Numbered from the stretch's first letter, positions 17,451 to 26,630 are shown. The stretch: DNA of 47,174 bases from a virus (IMGVR_UViG_3300037511_000504:1-47174); one strand, 5' to 3'. Numbers and translations are program-made. The notes: a model not told the origin generated them from the sequence alone.

Positions 17451-17785
17451 TGATCGTCGACCTCGACCTGGTCCGCATCGATGTGTATGCCGCAGCCGGC
17501 GCAGCAGAAGGACAGGTTGGCGCCAGTACCGCCGTTGTCATCGTGCGGACCGACGTTGCCGCAGTCGGGGCAAGGGAAGCGACCGGTGAGATGGGCATCG
17601 AAGAGGCGTGCGGCACTCTGGATGGGCGTGGGGGGCATGCTGGACTCCTTCTTGAGCCGTGAGGGATTGAAGATGGCGCGGATGGTCACCCGCTCGCGCG
17701 GGCAGTCAGAGAACGTGTTGAAGACGAAGGGAGGGGTTCGGAGCAGCAAGAACCCGTCACGCGGGATGGAGATGATGCGCGGCAT
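17447..17785 (-). CDS. Hypothetical Zn-ribbon protein (start uncertain)
   Basis: CPDCG...CAGCG. Confidence 0.5.
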   Translation of the reverse strand: MPRIISIPRDGFLLLRTPPFVFNTFSDCPRERVTIRAIFNPSRLKKESSMPPTPIQSAARLFDAHLTGRFPCPDCGNVGPHDDNGGTGANLSFCCAGCGIHIDADQVEVDDQ

Positions 17786-17787
17786 GG

Positions 17788-18102
17788 CTACCTCACCACC
17801 AACGGGTTATCGCCCCAGGAGCCTGCATCCACCCGGCGGAACGCCTCGCCATTGAGCCGGAGCAGGACCCGTTCCCAGGTGAAACGGCTCTCGTCCCCGT
17901 TCATCCATGGTCGGCGCTTGGCGCGCACCTCCGCGAAGGTAGCGCGCTCGATCATCGTCCTGATCTGGCGATTGGACAGACCCCGAAGGAGACGCGCGTC
18001 TCGGCAGTCCTGGCAGTGCGCGCCGGGCTCTGTGACATTGAAGCACTCGTCCGTCTCGCAGTATGCGAGCCTCTCGGGCAGGTTAGGTGCGTTCCCGGCC
18101 AT
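17788..18102 (-). CDS. Hypothetical protein
   Basis: GGAGG SD; Cys cluster. Confidence 0.55.
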   Translation of the reverse strand: MAGNAPNLPERLAYCETDECFNVTEPGAHCQDCRDARLLRGLSNRQIRTMIERATFAEVRAKRRPWMNGDESRFTWERVLLRLNGEAFRRVDAGSWGDNPLVVR

Positions 18103-18105
18103 GGC

Positions 18106-18309
18106 TCAGCCCTCCCCGAGGGTGGAGATCTGCGAGTTGAGTCGGGACACGAGCCCCTCGAAGTACACGGCGCGGTCGTTGTAGTGGCGCGCGGTGTTCG
18201 GGGCGATGGGGCGGACGCGCGCGGCGGCGCTCTGGAGGGAGGCGACAAGGGCGCGGGTCTTCGAGCGCTCGGAGGGGAGTGCGGCAAAGCGGGAAGGAAC
18301 GGCGGTCAT
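18106..18309 (-). CDS. Hypothetical protein
   Basis: GAGGTTCC RBS. Confidence 0.6.
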   Translation of the reverse strand: MTAVPSRFAALPSERSKTRALVASLQSAAARVRPIAPNTARHYNDRAVYFEGLVSRLNSQISTLGEG

Positions 18310-18336
18310 GGTTGGAACCTCGGTGCTGCGGGTGGA

Positions 18337-18516
18337 CTACTTGGGCCATGCGTTCAGGCCCAACAACGCTCCGCACTGGGCAAGGTGGAAGCGGGCGGCC
18401 TCGATGCAGACACGAGCCCTCCGATAATCTCGCGCGGCCCTGTGCATCAGGGCCTGCGCGTAGAAGGCCTGAGCGCGGAGCAGTTCGTTTGTCGCGCGAC
18501 CGTAAGGCAGTGACAT
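18337..18516 (-). CDS. Hypothetical protein
   Basis: GGAGGTTCC RBS before ATG 18516. Confidence 0.55.
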   Translation of the reverse strand: MSLPYGRATNELLRAQAFYAQALMHRAARDYRRARVCIEAARFHLAQCGALLGLNAWPK

Positions 18517-18582
18517 GGGCGGAACCTCCAACTTCGGGTGAAGCATGGGCCCCCGGGCTCTCACGTGCGGGGGCAGGACGGG

Positions 18583-18813
18583 CTACTCCTCCGGGGTGAA
18601 CCAACCCGGGGCAGTGGCGCTCAGCATCTCATGCACGCCCTTCAGTGCGGAGTAGACGCGCAGTACGTCCACATCATCCAGCGTGAGTTGTTCAGTGTGG
18701 TGGCCACCCGGCCCCGTGAACAGCAACTCCGCCTTGCGAGACTCGCGGTCAACGTCGACTTCGACGGTGCCTCCGGCCTTCAGGTCGATTTTACTGAACA
18801 GCTTCATCGCCAT
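18583..18813 (-). CDS. Hypothetical protein
   Basis: GAGGTTCC RBS before ATG 18813. Confidence 0.6.
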   Translation of the reverse strand: MAMKLFSKIDLKAGGTVEVDVDRESRKAELLFTGPGGHHTEQLTLDDVDVLRVYSALKGVHEMLSATAPGWFTPEE

Positions 18814-18888
18814 GTGGAACCTCATGCTGCGTGCGGAGCCCACCCGCGTGAGGGCTGGTGACCCACGAAACCCATGGGTCAGGGCGAA

Positions 18889-19122
18889 CTACTGGGCGCT
18901 GTCGATGATGCGGCGAATCTCAGCGTCGCGAGCCTCAGGGCTCATCTCGGCGAGGTCCTGAGCCAACTCAAGCCACGCCTGCTGACGAATCTCCCCAGCA
19001 CGCATCCGCCCGGCGCAGAGCGTGGCCACCTGCTCCCTCAGGCGCTCGTTTGCGCGAGCCAGTTCGGTGTACGTTTGGCCAGAAGCGGGGGTGTTCAGGA
19101 AGGAAGCGAAACCAGGCATCAT
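18889..19122 (-). CDS. Hypothetical protein
   Basis: GGAGGTTCC RBS; first gene of the leftward small-gene operon. Confidence 0.6.
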   Translation of the reverse strand: MMPGFASFLNTPASGQTYTELARANERLREQVATLCAGRMRAGEIRQQAWLELAQDLAEMSPEARDAEIRRIIDSAQ

Positions 19123-19155
19123 GGAACCTCCGAAGCAGCGTTGAGCTACTGTAAC

Positions 19156-19201
19156 CATTATCCGGGCATCACGGCAAGAGTTTCGTGTAGATTTCACGAA
19201 A
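19156..19201 (-). promoter_or_regulatory. Conserved promoter/operator element, copy 2, plus adjacent palindrome
   Basis: CATTATCCGGG-N6-GGCAAGAGTT (19156-19182) and TTTCGTG-N7-CACGAAA (19181-19201) in an AT-rich divergent gap. Confidence 0.6.
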
Positions 19202-19247
19202 TAATTTTGGGACCATGGCGCCTCACCCGCAGCACCGAGGTTCCAAC

Positions 19248-19520
19248 ATGGCACGACAGCAGAGCAACTGGGCAACCATCAGCGCGAAGCGGCGCATGGG
19301 GCGCAACGGCTCGGAGGAGGCAGAGCCCAAGGGCATCGAGTTGGGCAAGGGTTCGTTCGTGCTCACGCAGGGACTGAGGGGCGCGGCCCGGCTCGAGGCG
19401 TACCTGTCCCAGCCGCTGGTGCCGCTGCCGGATCCCGTGGACATGCTGGGCGAGCAGCTGGCCCTCACCCCCAAGGAGCAGTGGTTGAGGGACATTCTCG
19501 GCCCATACAAGCCACTGTAA
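19248..19520 (+). CDS. Hypothetical protein
   Basis: GAGGTTCC RBS before ATG 19248. Confidence 0.6.
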   Translation: MARQQSNWATISAKRRMGRNGSEEAEPKGIELGKGSFVLTQGLRGAARLEAYLSQPLVPLPDPVDMLGEQLALTPKEQWLRDILGPYKPL

Positions 19521-19843
19521 CTACTCAACATTCATGCTGGGCTTGCAGGCGAGCTTGACAGGTGGTGTCATGCTCGCGCTGCCGCCCCGCGACTTTGCGA
19601 GGGCGACGCCAGGACGCGTTGAGCGGCCGTCGCAGCAGCGAGCGGAGCGGCCGGACGCGGCCCGACCGAAGGGAAGTCATGGAGCGGGAGGCAGGAAGAG
19701 CGCTCCAGCCCCATGGCTGGCACAGCACGGCCGGTTGTGGTGGCGCTCGGGTTGGCCCCCCGTTGCCCAGGCGCACTGGAGAGCCGGCTTGACGTCAGCG
19801 GCGTAGGGGGTGGACCATGCTCGCGCCGTGCCAACCATGAGCC

Positions 19844-20620
19844 ATGAATGTGTCGGACGCTCCGCTGCTACTGGAATCCGCTGACGATGCACCGCGAACT
19901 GTGGTCGAGGTCGCGCGGCGCTGGGCGCTGGCTGAGAAGCTCCGGCCGGGCGTGACGCGGTGCTTCTACCCGTCGGCGTTGCTCCCTCTGGTTGACCGGT
20001 GGGCTGCCGAGAGGGGGTGGAGCCCGCCGGATGCCTCGGCTCTCGGGCGCGGGCTCGCAGGCGCTGGGATCTCGCTGCAACACAGCGGGGGGCGTGGGAG
20101 ACGCCTCCTCCTCCACCGCGACGACGCGGCCCGCCTTCGGAAGCTGGTGTGGGAGGCATGGGCTCCTCGCCTGCCGCCGGGAGAGCGGCCGCGCAACAAG
20201 CCCCAGCGCCTGCCGCTACAGTGCGCGTTGGCGCGGCTCAACTACCTGAAGCCTCCACCTCCCGGGTTCCACGCTCAGCTGGCTCTCGAGGGGGCGCGCG
20301 CTCGCCCAGTGGTGGACAGCCGCGGGCGCTGCTACCCGAGCATCCGCTACGCCGCAACCGCCATCGCCCCCAAGAGGCAGAAGGCCAAGGCCCCAGCCCA
20401 GCTGGTGTCCGCCATGAAGAGCGGTAGGGCGTGGAAGGCCAGGCTCTGGCGCCACCTGCTACCCGAGGAGCTGGCCATGGTGCCTGCTGGAGCGCCTTGT
20501 GGCATTCGGCTCGAAGCGCTCGGGTGGAAGGCGGTGTGCACCAACCATCGCTTGGTGGTGGGCGGACAGTCTGTTACCGTCCCAATCGGTGCAGCACAGG
20601 GGGCGGATGAGGAGGCTTGA
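19844..20620 (+). CDS. Putative DNA-binding protein (primase-C-terminal-like winged helix plus NUMOD1-like segment)
   Basis: L...RWAAERGW.P....LGRGL...G and PVVDSRGRCYPSIRYAA patterns. Confidence 0.45.
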   Translation: MNVSDAPLLLESADDAPRTVVEVARRWALAEKLRPGVTRCFYPSALLPLVDRWAAERGWSPPDASALGRGLAGAGISLQHSGGRGRRLLLHRDDAARLRKLVWEAWAPRLPPGERPRNKPQRLPLQCALARLNYLKPPPPGFHAQLALEGARARPVVDSRGRCYPSIRYAATAIAPKRQKAKAPAQLVSAMKSGRAWKARLWRHLLPEELAMVPAGAPCGIRLEALGWKAVCTNHRLVVGGQSVTVPIGAAQGADEEA

Positions 20621-20623
20621 GCC

Positions 20624-20719
20624 ATGGAGGTTCTGAGGTGCGTGGGCCCAGTCGTCGGCGGCATTATTGGTTGGTACTTCTTCCTCTGGCTTGCTAGGCG
20701 CAGGGCCACCAGGGGGTAG
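20624..20719 (+). CDS. 31-aa single-TM peptide
   Basis: GAGGAGG SD; MEVLRCVGPVVGGIIGWYFFLWLARRRATRG. Confidence 0.5.
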   Translation: MEVLRCVGPVVGGIIGWYFFLWLARRRATRG

Positions 20720-20782
20720 GTTTCCCTCGCCCGTGGTGGCGAAATAGCCTGGGAGTCCCCCGCACACAGGAGCACGAATTTC

Positions 20783-21262
20783 ATGTCGGACAATAAGCCA
20801 CAAGACGAAGGGCTGTACTTCCACATCGGCAACAGCGACTTCACGTTCATGGTGGAGGACAACGGACAGGGGCCAGAGTTGATTGTGTGTGGCAGCGTCT
20901 TTGGCCACCAGATGCTCCGGGCGCAGATGTACACCACGAGAGAGGGTCTTCTTGCTCTATCGGGCTTCTTTCTGCGGCAGACGCACAGGAGATTTTCTGA
21001 GCCATACATCCATGCAACCCAGGCCCCGGAGCCGCTTCGTGGAGGGAAGCTGCCGGAAGGCGCGCCGCTTCCCAATGACTGGTATGCGATTGTCCTCGGC
21101 CGGTGCCTGGAGATGCTACTCCTGGCCCGCGAGTCGCTCGGGGACTCGACCTTCCGCTGGACGCTCAATGAGCTGGTGCGCGGTCTCGGCTACGCCCTGG
21201 GAGAGAAGATCGGTCCTGACGCTCCGGACACCCCTGTCGGCACGCTCCCGGAGAAGCCGTAA
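20783..21262 (+). CDS. Hypothetical protein
   Basis: AGGAG SD; 159-aa ORF. Confidence 0.65.
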   Translation: MSDNKPQDEGLYFHIGNSDFTFMVEDNGQGPELIVCGSVFGHQMLRAQMYTTREGLLALSGFFLRQTHRRFSEPYIHATQAPEPLRGGKLPEGAPLPNDWYAIVLGRCLEMLLLARESLGDSTFRWTLNELVRGLGYALGEKIGPDAPDTPVGTLPEKP

Positions 21263-21285
21263 CCATATATACGGAGGATAATCCT

Positions 21286-21798
21286 GTGTCGGAGAGCACC
21301 TGGAGGCGCCCGTGCCACAACTTCGCGCCGCGTGGCAACGACAACGAGATCTGCCTAGTGTGCGGGTACCACGTATCCCAGCACCATGATGCGGCCAAGG
21401 CCTACTACGCGTCAGAGGCAGCGAAGTCTGGTTTCACCAAGATGATGGACGAAGAGCGTGCCGTGCGCGCTGAGCAGGAGCTGAAGAAGGCCCAGGGTTG
21501 GCCGAGCCCCGAGGAATTCGTGGTGGGCATGGCCGAGAAGGTGATGGCCGTTCCGCCATGGGCTCGTAGCCACTTCCTCCACAGCCTTGGTGAGATCCAG
21601 CGACACGTGCTGCTCGTGCGCGAGCACCTGAGCGCCGAGGACCAAGGCGTGTTCCATTGCTCTGTGTGTGGCGCGGACCGGCCAGGGGCCACGCCCTGTG
21701 AGGAACACCCGATGATGCCGTTACGACGCGGCTCTGGGGCGGCCGTCCGCAAGATGCTGGCCAAGGCCGGGCAGGGGTGGCTGGAGAGCCTGCCGTGA
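21286..21798 (+). CDS. Hypothetical Cys/His-motif protein
   Basis: GGAGG SD; CHNF...CLVCG...H and CSVCG...C..H. Confidence 0.6.
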   Translation: MSESTWRRPCHNFAPRGNDNEICLVCGYHVSQHHDAAKAYYASEAAKSGFTKMMDEERAVRAEQELKKAQGWPSPEEFVVGMAEKVMAVPPWARSHFLHSLGEIQRHVLLVREHLSAEDQGVFHCSVCGADRPGATPCEEHPMMPLRRGSGAAVRKMLAKAGQGWLESLP

Positions 21799-22565
21799 GC
21801 GACGAGGGTCGGCGGAGCGTCCGAGAAGCATTCGCGCTCCCGAGTAGCGTGCTCCTGGAGGTTGACCCGCGCCCGTGGGTGCCAGTTCGAGCGGTGCTGC
21901 CGGCCTACGTCGCATCGCTAAGGTCCGCTAGCCGCTACTCCGCCGCGCTTGACGCCCTGCCGCTGCTCGACAGCCCCAGGTACCAGCCGCACGACGGAAA
22001 CACCTTCTGCAACATCTTCGTCTGGGATGCCACAATCCTGCTAGGGTGCGAGATCCCGCACTGGGTTGACCCCGATGGTAACACGACGACGATTGGCGGC
22101 GGACGGGAGCAGACGGCCAACGACATGGCGGACTGGCTCGAGCGGAACGGAAAGAGGGATGGCTGGGGCCGGGGCGATCCGGAAACGGTGCAGCGTGTAG
22201 CGAACCGAGGCAACCCAGCTGTTGCCGTGTGGCGGAACTCGGGCGGCGTCGGCCACATCGCCATGGTTCGGCCTGGACAGCTCCACCCTGAGAAGGGGCC
22301 GTGCATTGCCCAGGCGGGAGCGCGGAACTTCCGCCACGGCCACGTGCTCGACGGCTTTGGCCACCGCAACATCTACTACTTCGTCCACATCGATAGAACC
22401 CCGGTGGTTATCGAGCACACCCCAGGCATGCCCCCTCTGCTCGCCCATGAGACGGCGGAGGATCTCCGCAAGGACTTTGAGGCCTCGCTACTGAGCCCCA
22501 TCGGAACGGGCAGGAAGGTGATGGCGGAGGCCGAGGCATTGCTCAAAAAGCACACACCGAAGTGA
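21795..22565 (+). CDS. Putative endolysin, CHAP/NlpC-P60-like Cys-His hydrolase
   Basis: TFCNIFVWD (Cys), ANDMADWL, GHIAMVRP (His), IAQAG. Confidence 0.65.
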   Translation: MSDEGRRSVREAFALPSSVLLEVDPRPWVPVRAVLPAYVASLRSASRYSAALDALPLLDSPRYQPHDGNTFCNIFVWDATILLGCEIPHWVDPDGNTTTIGGGREQTANDMADWLERNGKRDGWGRGDPETVQRVANRGNPAVAVWRNSGGVGHIAMVRPGQLHPEKGPCIAQAGARNFRHGHVLDGFGHRNIYYFVHIDRTPVVIEHTPGMPPLLAHETAEDLRKDFEASLLSPIGTGRKVMAEAEALLKKHTPK

Positions 22566-22577
22566 CCAGGAGAGAAC

Positions 22578-22874
22578 GTGACGACTGACACTCTGCCTCA
22601 CCGCGCCCGCTGGCACCTCGCCTTCTGGCACAACCTCACCCGCCGCGGACGTCGGCGCCTGCGCCATCATCCTGCTCTGTGTGGCGAACAGCGCGCATGG
22701 GTGGCGGCCTTCCCGGCCAGGATGAACCGCCTCATGAAGCGCATCTACGCGCAGCAGGTCTCCGAGATGATGCCGAAAGATTCGCCAGTCAATGGGCTCA
22801 TGACGCTCCTCGGGGTCTCACGGTCCGAGGCCGTAGACGCTGGCGACCGCTTCATCTTCCCCACCTTGAAGTGA
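22578..22874 (+). CDS. Small protein whose C-half is homologous to the major capsid N-terminus
   Basis: AGGAG SD; N..MK.IYA..V...D.P...G..FIFP shared with the capsid protein. Confidence 0.65.
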   Translation: MTTDTLPHRARWHLAFWHNLTRRGRRRLRHHPALCGEQRAWVAAFPARMNRLMKRIYAQQVSEMMPKDSPVNGLMTLLGVSRSEAVDAGDRFIFPTLK

Positions 22875-22886
22875 CCAGGAGTCATC

Positions 22887-24122
22887 GTGTCCAGGAAAGA
22901 CAGGCAGCACCAGCACATCCAGCCGCTCACGCCCATGCTCCAGAACCAGCCCGAGAAGACCCCGTCCACAGATGGCGAGCCGTCGAGCATGGGCAGCGAG
23001 GCGCGGATCCAGCACCTGGAGGCCGAGGTGGCAACGCTCACCGCCCGGGTCGCCGCGTTCGATGACGAAGCGGAGCGAGCGCGGAGTGCAGAGACAAAGG
23101 CGGGCGAGCTTGCGGACGAGCAGCGCCGTCGAGCAGAGGCTGCTGAGGCAGCGCTGGCGGAGGCCAAGGGAGAGATCGTCCTCTTGAACGAGCGCGCAGA
23201 GATTGCCGAAGATGCCGCCCTGAAGGCCGAGTCCCTGGAGGCGGAATTAGCGAAGACGCGTGCCCGCGCCGATGACGAGTACCGTCGAGCGGAGGAGGCG
23301 ATGCTCGGGGTCGTGGACCTGCGGATTGTGGCTAAGGCCGCGCGCCACGGCGGGCCGCCAGAAGGCTTCGAGCCTAAGACCCAGAACGGGAAGGAGGCCC
23401 TCGCTGAGGTGGTGCTGCTCGGTTCCATCGCGAAGGGCCAGCGTGAGCAGGCCCAGGACGCCGCACGCCTTCCTGAGGTCGGCTGGTCTTCCACCATCGC
23501 CCGTCAGCTCGTGGAGACGTTGCCCGCCAAGGACCGCGCGCTACTCCTGGGCGATCTTCTCTCGCAGCTGCACCCACACACCGGAGAGCAGGGCCAGAAC
23601 GAGACGGCCACCGATGTGCTGCGGCGGATCGTCGCAGAGGTGGACATGCTGCGTGGCGCGCTCGCTAAGGCGAAGGAGGCCATGGATGTTGATGCCATGC
23701 GCATGAGTTCCATGAGCGAGCGGATGGTGAAGATTCAGTCCGCGATGGTGGCGCGCCGGGCGCCTGATGCGGAGGCAGGGGCCGTGATCGAGACGCTCGG
23801 CAGGCTCCTGGCTGGCGCATCAACGACCATGGGCCGGATCGGCATCCTCACGCCCAGCGGGCTCGCAGAGATCGCGGAGGCTGTTCTCGCCGAGTGGCGC
23901 GGCTTGCGCGCATTCCTCTCCGAAGCACCGCTCGTGGCCGTGGCCGTCCGCGACGACGGCGCTAAGGGCCCCGTGCGCGAGCGCTTCAGCCTGCTGGTGC
24001 TCAAGTGGGACGGGAAGGCGGTGTCCACAAAGGTGATAGAGGGTACGAGGCCTTGGGGCGACATCGCTCCGTACATCCAGGAGACCGTCCTCAAGCACCT
24101 AGTCCCGCCGCAGTTCCGGTAA
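22887..24122 (+). CDS. Coiled-coil hypothetical protein
   Basis: AGGAG SD; long E/A/R-rich heptads. Confidence 0.75.
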   Translation: MSRKDRQHQHIQPLTPMLQNQPEKTPSTDGEPSSMGSEARIQHLEAEVATLTARVAAFDDEAERARSAETKAGELADEQRRRAEAAEAALAEAKGEIVLLNERAEIAEDAALKAESLEAELAKTRARADDEYRRAEEAMLGVVDLRIVAKAARHGGPPEGFEPKTQNGKEALAEVVLLGSIAKGQREQAQDAARLPEVGWSSTIARQLVETLPAKDRALLLGDLLSQLHPHTGEQGQNETATDVLRRIVAEVDMLRGALAKAKEAMDVDAMRMSSMSERMVKIQSAMVARRAPDAEAGAVIETLGRLLAGASTTMGRIGILTPSGLAEIAEAVLAEWRGLRAFLSEAPLVAVAVRDDGAKGPVRERFSLLVLKWDGKAVSTKVIEGTRPWGDIAPYIQETVLKHLVPPQFR

Positions 24123-24125
24123 GCC

Positions 24126-24323
24126 ATGATCGAGCGCGTCCTCGTCCGCCCAGTCTTCGTGCACTGCCACGAGTGCCGGATCCCAACAAACCCGAGCGGA
24201 ACCATGGTGCTCCAGGGCGGAGCAGGCTACCGCGTGCCGCCTGATGCCATTGACAGGCTCTGCGTCGCCGTTCAGAGCCAGCGTGGGTCCAGCTATCTCC
24301 TGCCGCCAGGAGTCACGCCGTGA
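24126..24323 (+). CDS. Hypothetical protein
   Basis: Packed in the operon; CHEC. Confidence 0.45.
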   Translation: MIERVLVRPVFVHCHECRIPTNPSGTMVLQGGAGYRVPPDAIDRLCVAVQSQRGSSYLLPPGVTP

Positions 24324-24775
24324 CGGAAGATCACCGCATCCCCTTCACCCTGCTCCTGATGGGCGTCCTCGGGCTCGTGGCCACAGGGGCGGGCGTGCTC
24401 GCCGCCCCTGCATGGGCGTGGCTCGGGCTGGTGGCGGCCGGGCTCGCCCACTCCCTCCTCTGGCGCGCGGCCGGGGTGCGGTCCGTGTCCGCGCGCGAGC
24501 GCCGGAAGCACGAGCGGCGCCTGCGGAACGCCGAGCGCCGGGAGCGCCGTCTCATCCGCATCGCCAGCCGCACAGAGCAGCGTGTGAAGGAGGTGCTCGC
24601 GCGCGGGGTGGATGTGTCCTGGGCCGAGAAGACGGCGGCGGCGGTGCGCGAGCTCCAGCATGTGGCCGAGCAGCACCACGCAGCGCTCCAGGCGAACAAG
24701 ATGCTCACCGACAAGGCCATGGAGCAGCTTGGCGGCATCTTCAGCCAGGCCCGCCTTCAGGATGAGGACCGCTGA
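24320..24775 (+). CDS. Membrane protein, 2 TM plus coiled coil (holin/spanin-like candidate)
   Basis: Two N-terminal hydrophobic helices followed by a basic coiled coil. Confidence 0.55.
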   Translation: MTEDHRIPFTLLLMGVLGLVATGAGVLAAPAWAWLGLVAAGLAHSLLWRAAGVRSVSARERRKHERRLRNAERRERRLIRIASRTEQRVKEVLARGVDVSWAEKTAAAVRELQHVAEQHHAALQANKMLTDKAMEQLGGIFSQARLQDEDR

Positions 24776-25047
24776 TGCCGCGGCCCCGCTCCATTACCAT
24801 TAAGGTGGCCCGCGTCTCTGCCGAGGTGGTGAAGCGCATCGAGCAGGCCATGGCCCTGGATGAGAAGCACATCCCCTCCGAGGCCCAGGCCAAGGTGCTG
24901 CTCATCCTCGCCAAGGCGCAGGCCGTCCTGCTCGGGAAAAAGGACCCCACGGGTGACGATGATGACGAGCGGCCCGAGGACCAGGTGAAGGCGGGGATCG
25001 ATAGCCTGGAGAATGAGACTGAACACCTGAAGGGCGGCAGGGCGTGA
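24775..25047 (+). CDS. Putative terminase small subunit
   Basis: Small helical ORF overlapping the TerL start; positional call only. Confidence 0.4.
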   Translation: MPRPRSITIKVARVSAEVVKRIEQAMALDEKHIPSEAQAKVLLILAKAQAVLLGKKDPTGDDDDERPEDQVKAGIDSLENETEHLKGGRA

Positions 25048-26630
25048 CGCCCGAGGAGCGCATCCGGCAGGATGAGCGCCGGCGCCAGGTGCGCGACGCC
25101 TGGGAGCAGGCCCGCCTCCGGTACAAGCTCTTCCCTCACCAGCGCCCGGCCTACGACGAGTTCAAGGCGCGCATCACCAGCTTGGACGACAGCGTGCTGC
25201 GCACCTACGCCCTCCAGTGGCCGCGTCGCGTCGGGAAGACGTTCGAGGCCGAGGTGATCGGCGTGGAGACGTGCCGGAAGATTCCCGGCTGCCGCGGCGT
25301 CGTCATCGCTCCCACGGAGGAGATGCTCGAGGAGTACGTCATCCCAACGATCAATGTGATCGGGGCGGATGCTCCCAAATACATGCAGCCTCGGTTCGTG
25401 AAGAGTGACGGGAAGTTCTACTTCGACGACAATGGATCTCACATCGCCCTGTACGGCGCCAAGGACGACTCCGCCATCGACGCGATTGGCCGCGGGCCCG
25501 CCGCGCACTTCATCATCTACGAGGAGGCGGGGCACATCCGTAACCTGAAGAAGGTGCGCGAGGTAGCGCAGCCGCAGCTCCTCTCCACCATGGGCATCCC
25601 CCACGCCGGCTGGCAGCTCTTTGTCGGCACGCCGCCGGAGAGCACCGCGCACGAGTTCGTGAAGCTCTGCCGCGCCTTCGCCAAGACGGGCCAGCTGAAC
25701 AGGCTAACCATCTGGGATAGTCACTACCCCAAGGAGAGGATCTACAAGTTCATCGCCGAGGCGGCGGACGGGATGCCCATCGAGGAGTACATGCAGACGG
25801 AGGCCTTCCGCCGTGAGTTCCTGGCGGAGTTCATCCCAGATCCCACGCGCAAGGTGCTGAAGCTTGCGAACGAGCGGTACCTGGAGGCGTGCCAGGAGCG
25901 CTACCGGCAGATCTACCGCAGCGGCGGCAGACCCACGCACTTCTCCGTCTGGGAGGGCATGGATGTAGGCTGGAAACCGGACTGGACCTTCTGGCTCATC
26001 TCATGGTGGCACCACCAGCTTCAGACGCTCGTGGTTGAGGCAGAGCGCTACTGGCGCGACGGCTTCACCCCAGAGGCCGTCGCCGAGGCCGTGGTCGAGG
26101 ATGAGAAGCGGCTCCTGGGCCACGAGCGCCGCGCGCCCTTCAAGTACGAGATGCGCCGCCCCTCCCGCTGGAGCGACTACTCTCCCATCCTCCTCTCGGA
26201 GTTGTCCTCGAAGCACGGGTTGGATTTCTCCCCCACGCGGAAGGATGACAGGGACACAGCCATCTCCGACTGCGATCGGATGATCCCTGGCTTCTCCCCC
26301 ACCGTTGGCGCGCTGGCCATCAGCCCCGCCTGCTCCATGCTGCTCCAGCAGATGGATGCGGCGATCTGGGCCAAGGGCGGCAAACACAAGGAGTTCGCAC
26401 GCGACGACATCCAGCGATACGGCCACTACGACGGCGTTGCCGCGCTCGTGTACCTTACCCGGAACGTGGTGCGCACGGAGAACCCGGTGCCGGAGGACTG
26501 GGGGGTGCCGCAACTGGCCAAGGACAACTTCGACTGGAGGCCGCCGCAGGGCTCCGATCGCGCGGAAGAGGAGAAGTGGGGTAGCGTGTTCGGCATGGAC
26601 CCTCGGGAGGTAGCCGACCGTGAGCACTGA
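25044..26630 (+). CDS. terL: Terminase large subunit
   Basis: PHQ, Walker A PRRVGKT, VIAPT, Walker B IIYEEAG, GTP coupling motif, FRREFLAEF, nuclease GMDVG, HYDG..ALVY. Confidence 0.93.
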   Translation: MTPEERIRQDERRRQVRDAWEQARLRYKLFPHQRPAYDEFKARITSLDDSVLRTYALQWPRRVGKTFEAEVIGVETCRKIPGCRGVVIAPTEEMLEEYVIPTINVIGADAPKYMQPRFVKSDGKFYFDDNGSHIALYGAKDDSAIDAIGRGPAAHFIIYEEAGHIRNLKKVREVAQPQLLSTMGIPHAGWQLFVGTPPESTAHEFVKLCRAFAKTGQLNRLTIWDSHYPKERIYKFIAEAADGMPIEEYMQTEAFRREFLAEFIPDPTRKVLKLANERYLEACQERYRQIYRSGGRPTHFSVWEGMDVGWKPDWTFWLISWWHHQLQTLVVEAERYWRDGFTPEAVAEAVVEDEKRLLGHERRAPFKYEMRRPSRWSDYSPILLSELSSKHGLDFSPTRKDDRDTAISDCDRMIPGFSPTVGALAISPACSMLLQQMDAAIWAKGGKHKEFARDDIQRYGHYDGVAALVYLTRNVVRTENPVPEDWGVPQLAKDNFDWRPPQGSDRAEEEKWGSVFGMDPREVADREH

